From Candidatus Anstonellales archaeon (GTDB lineage: Archaea > Micrarchaeota > Micrarchaeia > Anstonellales > J096), in the NCBI GenBank assembly GCA_038890615.1, contig JAWAFI010000003.1, positions 20,807 through 84,806 of the forward strand: a DNA stretch of 64,000 nt, written 5' to 3'. Every line of letters starts with the position of its first letter. Position 1 is the first letter of the stretch. The position numbers were made by a program, and so were the translations under genes. Below the pieces are notes generated by a model, which worked only from the letters and a program-made list of their open reading frames with translations, did not search any database and was not told where the DNA came from. Positions 56,514 through 64,000 of this stretch are shown in pieces.

Positions 56514-58090
56514 GGCTGCTCCTCCTCTATGCAGTCAGCATGCCTATCACATGCAATGTCCCTTGCGTTGCCTAGGTAAAGGTCAATTGATTCCTCATCA
56601 AGGGCAAAGTGCCCTATTGTTATTGTTGCACTGCAATCAGCCACATTCCTGCACCCAGGCATTCCCCTTATCCTTGTGCCCTCAACCGGAACAAAGAAAT
56701 CTATGTCATAGCGAGTAGCGTTTTCATAGCTGACCTTGCTCATTGAGCCGCCTGCCCACATCCCAACTAGAAGGGTTTCAATACCATTCTGGCTTCCTTC
56801 CATTGCCTCTATGGCCCCATTGCTAAGGAAGCGCTGGAGGAATGAAGGTGACCTTTCAGAATGGACATAGTATGTGCACATAAGGAAATCCCTAAGCTTT
56901 TCAACATCGTATACACCAACAGTGTCAAATTTGTACTCTGGGTGGTTTATTACCCTTTCAGGGCTCTTGTCGCTTACTATTAAGTAAGGGTAGAAATCCC
57001 CTGACCTCTCGCTGCTTATCTCAAAATCCTTGACAACTACAAATGGCTTGCGCGTTATCTCCCCTTCAGCAATAGTTGCATGGCAGCCGCCAGAAGAAGT
57101 TGAATTTTCATAAGTTATTGGGTTGAGGGTATTCTCCTCATTCTCATATGACTGGCAGGGCGGGCTTGCTGGCTCTGTTTCAGGCAGGCTTGTAACTATG
57201 AAAGCGCCAAATTCGTTCCACCCTTGGACATTCATAATCTGGCTGTAGGTTCCTACTAATATAGTTCTGTTCCTTTCAAAAGGCTCTGCTGTAGTAACAG
57301 CAGTTGCATATATTGCCGGCCCGTAGAACCACCCTTGGCCTGAATATATTTCATTTGGGCCTGCAACAATCTCTGGCCTTAAATCCTCAGGTGCTTCATA
57401 GGGGCCAAACCAAACCTGCCTATATACTAATTCCATTGGGTTTGAAGGGTTTGATTCAAGCACATTCCTGCTCCTCCTTGCAATGTAGGGGTCATAAAGC
57501 CCCTCTATTGAGTAATGCTCTTCTGACTTGTAGTGCTTTTCAAAAGAGGAGAAGCCGTTCTTTTCCACAGCTATAAATGAAAGCTCGGTTGTTATGTTAA
57601 GGTGGGTATAATTCATTTCTGAAATAGAGGCATTGAAAGAATATGAGACCAAATCATAGCCAGCTTCGTTCAAGGTTTTTTCAAGCGCAGCAATATAGCC
57701 GCTGAAAGTGTAGGTAGAGTTGTCTGAAGAGCTGTAAACAAGATCATCAGGTGCAAACTCTTCAGCGTACCCATAAAGCACAACTGACCTGAATGCTGAT
57801 TTTACGCCATCAAGGCCATCTGCCCCTGCTGGCTGGATTGTGTTCCCCTGGCTGCTGTGGGCAAGCATCCTTTGGATTGCCCCATGTGTAATAATTTGTG
57901 AAAGGTGGTTGTAGGAATCCTGCGAAAGGGAATCACCTATCATTTCAATCTGGTTTGCCCTGAATCTCTCAGCTGCCCTTTCTGATGAATATTGGAGCAC
58001 CCTTGACATGCTGTCAACTGAGAACAGCACATAGACCACAAAAAGGAAAGCAAGCACGATGAAGAAGAAACCTTTTTTATTCATAAGCAT
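56510..58090 (-). CDS. Large class III signal-peptide protein (minor pilin/adhesin-like)
   Basis: NKKG|FFFIVLAFL; SIEGLYDP and SPSFLQR motifs. Confidence 0.8.
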   Translation of the reverse strand: MLMNKKGFFFIVLAFLFVVYVLFSVDSMSRVLQYSSERAAERFRANQIEMIGDSLSQDSYNHLSQIITHGAIQRMLAHSSQGNTIQPAGADGLDGVKSAFRSVVLYGYAEEFAPDDLVYSSSDNSTYTFSGYIAALEKTLNEAGYDLVSYSFNASISEMNYTHLNITTELSFIAVEKNGFSSFEKHYKSEEHYSIEGLYDPYIARRSRNVLESNPSNPMELVYRQVWFGPYEAPEDLRPEIVAGPNEIYSGQGWFYGPAIYATAVTTAEPFERNRTILVGTYSQIMNVQGWNEFGAFIVTSLPETEPASPPCQSYENEENTLNPITYENSTSSGGCHATIAEGEITRKPFVVVKDFEISSERSGDFYPYLIVSDKSPERVINHPEYKFDTVGVYDVEKLRDFLMCTYYVHSERSPSFLQRFLSNGAIEAMEGSQNGIETLLVGMWAGGSMSKVSYENATRYDIDFFVPVEGTRIRGMPGCRNVADCSATITIGHFALDEESIDLYLGNARDIACDRHADCIEEEQP

Positions 58091-58710
58091 CACGTAAATA
58101 ATGTAAGCCTCACAAGGCCTACTGTGGCATCAGCTGCTTCATAAGTTGACACTGGAACATCGCAGGGAGTTGAGCTTCCAGAGCAGGTGGAGTAGCATCC
58201 TTCGCATGTGACCGGGAATAAGTAGCCATATGGGTTTTCCCCTTTTGTTTCACTGAAATATATTACAGGGAGAAGCGCTGTTGCAGATGCGCTGAATTTC
58301 CTGATAAGCGCATTGTGCTGGTCATTAGGGACCCTTTTGTGCACATCAGAGGTGTCATAGAGGGTTACCCAGCCGAAATCATTTGAATACAGCTCAAGCT
58401 TGTAGCCATATTGCAATGGTATCCTGCTGCCTATGTACTGGTCTGTGTACGAAAGATAGTCCTTTTGAAGAGGGAATGTGTAGTATTCATATAGTATCTT
58501 GCCCAACGCAGTTATATTCTGGTGGCCTTCACTCCACACAATCCACTGGTTGGCTGAAATCAGTGTTTCTTTTGCAAGGGTGTGAGCATGAAGAAGGTAA
58601 ACCAAGTAAATCTTTGGGTAGGCAAAAAAGAATATGAGGGTATAAAGAGCAAGAGAAATCAAAGATAACGCTGCAAATGCATCCAGCGAAAATATGAAAC
58701 CTTTCTTCAT
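58090..58710 (-). CDS. Class III signal-peptide protein, first gene of the pilus operon
   Basis: MKKG|FIFSLDAFAAL; TTTTAAAA box about 25 nt upstream. Confidence 0.82.
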   Translation of the reverse strand: MKKGFIFSLDAFAALSLISLALYTLIFFFAYPKIYLVYLLHAHTLAKETLISANQWIVWSEGHQNITALGKILYEYYTFPLQKDYLSYTDQYIGSRIPLQYGYKLELYSNDFGWVTLYDTSDVHKRVPNDQHNALIRKFSASATALLPVIYFSETKGENPYGYLFPVTCEGCYSTCSGSSTPCDVPVSTYEAADATVGLVRLTLFT

Positions 58711-58765
58711 TAGTTTAATTATTAGTGGTTGTATTTTAAAAGTTATTGTTTTGGAAAAGGCATTT

Positions 58766-61700
58766 TCACCCGCACCTTTCTATTCTATAAGGCACGCTTG
58801 GCAAGGTTGCCCCACAGAAATCTTCATTCTCCTCTATGAATGAACTCATTAAGCACTGCTCATCTATCATGCCCCTAAGGGAAAAAACTATTGGGACAGC
58901 ACCTAACCTCTGGTAAACGCTTTTGTAGAATGTATACTTAATGGTTGAAAGCACTTCCCCTGTTTCAGGGTCAATGTTGGGTTGGGAAAGGCAGCACTTA
59001 TTCGGCTTTTGCAGGCTTGCTATTATTTCCGGGTAATACTGAAGCTGATCTGGAGGATAGATCTTCTGCTCAATTGAGCCGTTTTGGTAAACAAGGGTGC
59101 ATGTCTGCGGGCCTATGGAAGAACAATCAGTGCACTGATTTGTCACCTGCCCTTCAGGGCATTTCCATCCCTCTGGGTTACTGCTGCAAGAGGTGCCTTC
59201 TGGGCAAGTGCACAATTGCCCATCATCGCATTGCCTGAGGTTGCATGATGAGCTGCCCCCACAATACTTTAAGTAGTCAGCCATGCTTGCTGGCACGCAG
59301 GTCACATTTTCAGAGGCAAAAACCCTATTGTAATATGTTGTCGGGGGTCCGTGGATTAGGAAATAAGTTGGAGATGCAAAGGAGCAGTAGAGCTTGCTTT
59401 TCATTTCGCTGTATTTAAGCCCATCATCTCCTGTTCCCTGTACTGCCATATAATTGCCTTTGCTAGCTCCGCTCCAGTTCTGGAAGTGGATGCCTATGAA
59501 CCCTCTTGATATCAGGTTCTCCTGGTTCTGAAGCAGGTGCATGTAAAATGATTGGAGGCCTGCCCAATCATTCTCTGGCCAGCAATCTCCTGAGCCAAGG
59601 CAAGCAGAGATATCATCTACAAATGTAACTTTTGAATAGCGGATCAGCGTTGTATGGGTAAAGTTAGTCATTTTGCCTAGTATGAGCTTATTTGTCTCAG
59701 TTTGGTTTGCGCCAGCAGGAGCAAGCTCCCCTTTTCCTGGCTGGAACTCGGTGACAATGAGTTCTACTGAGGAAAGCCTCTTTTGGTTGCACTGGGAGTC
59801 CATTACCCTGCTTACAAAAGAGAAGCACGACTCCTCGTCTGAAGGAAGGCCGAAATAGGCGCTCAAAACCTCATTCTTTTGCTGTATAGTATCTGCCTTT
59901 ACCCTGATTGCAGGCAGGCATGACTTGCATAGGTAGCGAGTGACAAGGCCCCTTCTCATTGCCTCATCCATAACATCCTCATTGCCTATGTCAAAGTATG
60001 TTAAGTTTGCCACTATCAGCAGTACAGGCCCTGACTCGTTTATTATTGCATTGAAGAAGTTTGGGTTCTGGCCTTCGCAGATGCATTTGCCTGATTTTTC
60101 TACGCACCCATCAAGCGACATGAACCCAAAGCTTTCTGGGCTGTCCTCAGCATAGCTGCAGCTTCCGCTGAAGGTATGGGTCCCTTCCCAATTATACCAC
60201 AGCTCTGGATCTGAAGCGTCTATTATAGGCATGATGCCTTCTGCAAGGTATTGGGATGTCTTTGAATACATATAGCTAGCATTTGGGGCAAAATGGTATT
60301 CGCTGCCGACAAAAGTGTGGTTAATCTTCAATTTTTCCATGGCAGTAGAGAGGAGCGTGCAGGGCTCGCACCAACCGAACTCATCAACATAGATACCCTT
60401 GTCGCTTGGAAGGCATTTTCCTGTGTCCCTTATCAATATAAGGTCCCTGTAGAAATAGAAGCAGCCGTGCTGCCTGTCATCTTCCTGGTCAGTCCCCTCC
60501 CAATGTATTCCTGAAACAGGAAGGCAGAAGGGCCAATTCAGGCTTGAGGGGTTGCAAGCATCATAACTTATATATTCTGGGTATTGCTCTAATCCGTTAT
60601 CACCTTCTGGCACATAAGGATGCTCAGGAAGGCAGGCAGCAAGCCTTACTGAAAAGTTGAAAAGTGCAGTATCTTCATCATAGTCAGTATTTGGGTGGGA
60701 CTTGTCTTCAACAGGGCTGGATGATGCAAATGTTGGCGGACAGGTCTCTGAGAAATTGTAGGGAGCATTCCCATACGCATCAACAAATTCGCTTAGCACA
60801 ATGTAATTGGGCTCACAGGCTTTGTAGAATGTGGTTTCCTTAAAGGCGCTTTCATTCATTGTTGCATATCCTACACCAAGAGTTTTAGTTGCAATGTCAC
60901 ACAACTGAATAAGGTTAGGGGGAGCGCCATTGCAAGGCACATATGTAAAGAATATCTTAGGAGCTATTGTTCCATTGTAGGTTGGCAGACAAACGTTTCC
61001 TATAATACTGCCCCTATATAAGAAATCAACTTCTATTGGATCAGAAGTTTCAGTATAGGCGCTGCAAACTGTATAGTAATAATCAGGATCCCCGTAATCG
61101 CCGTAGTAATCAACAGCATCATCATAAGGATATTCCCTGCAGTCGCATGTTGGGCTTCTCTCTCCTTCAGGGGCTTCTGGGACAAAGCAGGCGCCTCTGT
61201 CGTAGTCATTTTTTGTGCAGAATGCCGAAAGGCAATCTCTTCCTGAAATGCACTCGAAAGGATAGGTGCTTGTTGCAGGATTTATTTTATTTGTCTTCCT
61301 AAGCCAAACGCGGTAGAAGCTCTTGTTTATCATTTCAGAGCTTTTGTTGTAAGGGACTGCTGAAAGGTTTTTCACCATTGCGTATTTGCCAGACTCATTC
61401 TCGAAGGTTGAGGCATTGTCAAAAGCAGGAGGGTATTGCATTCCACTAAAAACCTGCTCAAACTCCTGCTTTGATGAAAAAACACAAGTAGTAACATTGT
61501 AAAAGAAGCCTGTGAATTCTGCATATGGGTCTGAACCTGGAGGTTCAGCATAACCAGAGTAGTTCAAGTAATTCATATAGCGGTCTACCAGTCCTTGCGG
61601 GTTAATTGAGCATGCATAATCACTTGTAGGTATGTAGTAGCGTGCTATATCAAACTGGGCGTATGTAGAGCCAGCTCCTACCCTAAAGCTGTTTATGAAA

Positions 61701-62254
61701 CCTCCTGAGCGGATCATCTGCCTCTCCAGCCTTTTGTCAATAACAGTAAACTTGCACCTTGCATTGAGCAGGTTTATCACGTCGCGACTATCTACGCCTT
61801 CTCCTTTATAGCCAAGCTCGGTTGGGTACATATTAGTTAGGTTCCCTTCGCTCAGGTATTCTGAAGCAGTTGCTTCTGCTTTTGCCCTGAAGCGGAAATC
61901 ACCGCATACCATTGCAGAGCAGGAGCGAGGCAGGCAGCTAATCTCCTCATATGCTTGACATAGTGGGATAGTGAAGGTCTTCTCTTTCAATTCCCCACCC
62001 TTTTGGAAGGAAATGGAAATGTTGCAGACTAGATCGCACTCGTTTGATGTTATGCTTGCTGTTCCTCCCACCATATCAGAAAAGTAGCTCCCTAGTGGCA
62101 CCTGATGAGTGCCATTCCATACATATTCGCATTGCCCAGGAATATCATCATCAGGGTTAGCATCATTCACCTGCGAGCAGCAGCCAATCTCATACTGCTC
62201 CTCAAGGCAGCCGAAAAGAAGGAAAAGAGCGAGAAGAGCAATCTGCCTTTTCAT
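58766..62254 (-). CDS. Large Cys-rich secreted/lipoprotein, paralogue of 28615..30810
   Basis: LFGC lipobox-like; shared blocks CSAMVC, VGAGST..F, YLAEGIMP, GPVLLIV, CKSCL, GFIG. Confidence 0.8.
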   Translation of the reverse strand: MKRQIALLALFLLFGCLEEQYEIGCCSQVNDANPDDDIPGQCEYVWNGTHQVPLGSYFSDMVGGTASITSNECDLVCNISISFQKGGELKEKTFTIPLCQAYEEISCLPRSCSAMVCGDFRFRAKAEATASEYLSEGNLTNMYPTELGYKGEGVDSRDVINLLNARCKFTVIDKRLERQMIRSGGFINSFRVGAGSTYAQFDIARYYIPTSDYACSINPQGLVDRYMNYLNYSGYAEPPGSDPYAEFTGFFYNVTTCVFSSKQEFEQVFSGMQYPPAFDNASTFENESGKYAMVKNLSAVPYNKSSEMINKSFYRVWLRKTNKINPATSTYPFECISGRDCLSAFCTKNDYDRGACFVPEAPEGERSPTCDCREYPYDDAVDYYGDYGDPDYYYTVCSAYTETSDPIEVDFLYRGSIIGNVCLPTYNGTIAPKIFFTYVPCNGAPPNLIQLCDIATKTLGVGYATMNESAFKETTFYKACEPNYIVLSEFVDAYGNAPYNFSETCPPTFASSSPVEDKSHPNTDYDEDTALFNFSVRLAACLPEHPYVPEGDNGLEQYPEYISYDACNPSSLNWPFCLPVSGIHWEGTDQEDDRQHGCFYFYRDLILIRDTGKCLPSDKGIYVDEFGWCEPCTLLSTAMEKLKINHTFVGSEYHFAPNASYMYSKTSQYLAEGIMPIIDASDPELWYNWEGTHTFSGSCSYAEDSPESFGFMSLDGCVEKSGKCICEGQNPNFFNAIINESGPVLLIVANLTYFDIGNEDVMDEAMRRGLVTRYLCKSCLPAIRVKADTIQQKNEVLSAYFGLPSDEESCFSFVSRVMDSQCNQKRLSSVELIVTEFQPGKGELAPAGANQTETNKLILGKMTNFTHTTLIRYSKVTFVDDISACLGSGDCWPENDWAGLQSFYMHLLQNQENLISRGFIGIHFQNWSGASKGNYMAVQGTGDDGLKYSEMKSKLYCSFASPTYFLIHGPPTTYYNRVFASENVTCVPASMADYLKYCGGSSSCNLRQCDDGQLCTCPEGTSCSSNPEGWKCPEGQVTNQCTDCSSIGPQTCTLVYQNGSIEQKIYPPDQLQYYPEIIASLQKPNKCCLSQPNIDPETGEVLSTIKYTFYKSVYQRLGAVPIVFSLRGMIDEQCLMSSFIEENEDFCGATLPSVPYRIERCG

Positions 62255-63312
62255 ATGAACCTCCCTGAAATCTTTATTAGCTCGTGCGGGTAGCCACCCA
62301 ATAGTTGGGAAAGGTACCTTGCAAAGAGCATAGCAATTGCAAATGCCACAAACGGGTGTAATATTACCCCAAAGTATATGTTTGTGAGCGCCCCAATCAT
62401 GTCTTCTATGGATGACATGTATGTCTGGGCAGAGCCATACCCGGAAGCAGACGCAGACCCTGTTTCAGAATAGTAGAACGACAGGATGCTTCCTGTAAAT
62501 GTAGGAAGGCAGAGGTTGTAAGAATCAGTTTTGGGTGGGTTTGGTATTGGCATCACTGGGGTTTGGTATACTCCTGGGTCTGTCATCATGAAAACAACAG
62601 GGAAGATTATGTAGAGCGATATTGCAATAGACATTACTACTGCTCCTATGCCCCTCGTTGGCGGAAAACCCCTAAGAAGTATGCCTGCAGGCATGAAGAA
62701 ACTAAGCATGTTGGCCTTAATGTAATTTATAAGTATTATATAAGAGTTAAGGGCTATGATTATCTTAGGTATAAACCCATAGAGGAACCTATAGCTTTCA
62801 ACAGTTTTATAAAGGCTCTCACTACCTCCTGTTGCACATACCCCCCCATAGCAAAAAAAAGGGATCCCCATAAAGTACACAAAAGCAGAGAACTCTTTGA
62901 AAGGATGCTTTGCTGACTTGTAGATTGAGGCATGAGCCTTTGCAAGGCTTTCTGCCTTTTCCTGGAATCTGCAGGAAACAAAATCAAGAGGCCCCTCTAA
63001 ATTGGCAAGGTAATCTGTGCTGCCTGAAGCAGAGGAAAAGGTTGTTCCTTTGCACTCCCCTGTAAGGCCCATCCCTGCAATCAGCTCAGCAGTAGCAACC
63101 ATCACTCCAAGTATAAGGATTGCTATGAAAAATGTTGCTAATGCTTGGAGCATTTCACTTTTTGCAACAGGCTCTATCTCTTTTATGTTGAAGGCCCTTG
63201 CCAAAGAGTAAATTAAGCCATATAGAAGGATAAGGACCATGCAAGAAAACGCTACTATGGGAAGCCAAATTGATTCCCAGTTTTCAAAAAGGCCCCCTAT
63301 CGGCGAAACCAT
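62251..63312 (-). CDS. Polytopic membrane protein (VirB6/TrbL-like topology, tentative)
   Basis: 5-6 TM; AKSE..QA..T and PAGILLRGFPPTRGIG motifs; 4-nt overlap with the 1162-aa gene. Confidence 0.7.
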   Translation of the reverse strand: MVSPIGGLFENWESIWLPIVAFSCMVLILLYGLIYSLARAFNIKEIEPVAKSEMLQALATFFIAILILGVMVATAELIAGMGLTGECKGTTFSSASGSTDYLANLEGPLDFVSCRFQEKAESLAKAHASIYKSAKHPFKEFSAFVYFMGIPFFCYGGVCATGGSESLYKTVESYRFLYGFIPKIIIALNSYIILINYIKANMLSFFMPAGILLRGFPPTRGIGAVVMSIAISLYIIFPVVFMMTDPGVYQTPVMPIPNPPKTDSYNLCLPTFTGSILSFYYSETGSASASGYGSAQTYMSSIEDMIGALTNIYFGVILHPFVAFAIAMLFARYLSQLLGGYPHELIKISGRFI

Positions 63313-63392
63313 GAGAATAGAAATGCCTTTGTATTTAAAACCTTTCTCTGCAATAAGCATACATTTAAAAAAAGTGGAGGAGCAATCTATTT

Positions 63393-63755
63393 ATGTCAAA
63401 TTACATAAAATGGCTGGCTATAATCTTCGTTGTAGGCTTGCTTGCAGCAGCAACACCCACCAACACAGGGACAAACATAAACAAGGCTATGTGCTCAATA
63501 GTGAACACTGTGAAGGCAGTAATTCCATCAATTGTTTTCCTTCTGGTAATAGCAGCTGCATTGGTTTATGGTGTTGGCCAGCTGCTTTCAGCAGAGATGA
63601 GGAGCAGGGCATCTGTATGGGCAAGCTCAATGATTGTTGGGGCGATAATAGCAATACTCATACTTATATTGGTGCCTCCTATAATGGATGCTTTGCTTGC
63701 AGGCACAGGCATAACAGTAAGCACAGCCTGCAACAACACTACAACGATGCTTTGA
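63393..63755 (+). CDS. TrbC/VirB2-like pilin
   Basis: Signal peptide, then two hydrophobic helices separated by a short charged loop (GQLLSAEMRSRA). Confidence 0.7.
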   Translation: MSNYIKWLAIIFVVGLLAAATPTNTGTNINKAMCSIVNTVKAVIPSIVFLLVIAAALVYGVGQLLSAEMRSRASVWASSMIVGAIIAILILILVPPIMDALLAGTGITVSTACNNTTTML

Positions 63756-63809
63756 AAGGAGGCAAAGCTTTTTAAATGGGTAAAATAAGTATATTAAGGT
63801 GAAAATGGC

Positions 63810-64000
63810 ATGTACAGGAACAGTGCAATAGTAACAACGTTGTTTGCGCTAATGTTAATTGGAACAGTGATGGCTCAAGGACTGCCACCAGCAACAGGAT
63901 CAACAGACAGCATAAAAAATGCAGTTTGCCAAATATATAACATGATAAATATAGCCCTACCTGCAATCATATTCCTAATGGTAGTGCTTGCAGCAGCGAT
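63810..64000 (+). CDS. Second TrbC/VirB2-like pilin paralogue (truncated by the window edge; absent from the ORF track)
   Basis: MYRNSAIVTTLFALMLIGTVMAQ..SIKNAVCQIYNMINIALPAIIFLMVVLAAA aligns with INKAMCSIVNTVKAVIPSIVFLLVIAAA; AGGTGA SD. Confidence 0.75.
   Translation, partial: MYRNSAIVTTLFALMLIGTVMAQGLPPATGSTDSIKNAVCQIYNMINIALPAIIFLMVVLAAA

Noticed and set aside
48077..58710. Archaellum operon
   Set aside because: No archaellin (ArlB) N-terminal consensus, no ArlH (KaiC-like) gene and no chemotaxis genes

Overview
Gene-dense archaeal chromosome segment. It carries archaeal r-proteins L18e/L40e, RpoN, Dph5, a PAC2 chaperone, Sec61beta, A/V-ATPase D, TATA-type promoters and CCA-less tRNAs. 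The compaction, a non-canonical tRNA intron and the type of surface genes suggest a DPANN lineage such as Micrarchaeota (inference). Housekeeping genes (glmS, pcm, mvk, atpD, gltX, scpAB, the rpl18e-rpl13-rps9-rpoN-tRNAPro-rps2 cluster, speB, dph5, alaX) are interleaved with accessory loci. (1) An AT-richer four-gene operon encodes a tandem (two-module) MoxR/dynein-clade AAA+ ATPase and a 1201-aa HExxH/acidic-linker/vWA partner. (2) A giant 1678-aa membrane protein is coupled to a Cys-rich surface protein whose lytic-transglycosylase-like domain lacks the catalytic Glu. (3) A 15-gene type IV pilus/Tad-like operon has about 10 class III signal-peptide proteins; next to it lie a paralogous Cys-rich surface protein, a polytopic membrane protein and tandem TrbC/VirB2-like pilins. 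A second, orphan secretion ATPase sits about 30 kb away. Smaller signals are a 10-nt T-loop (59/60) intron in tRNA-Pro(GGG), a CBS-HPF fusion (hibernation-factor-like), five divergent gene pairs sharing one centred TATA box, a repeat-rich non-coding tract (possible origin) and a frameshifted HEAT-like gene. No CRISPR array, rRNA, integrase or transposase was recognised. All product calls come from motif recognition by eye; no searches were run.
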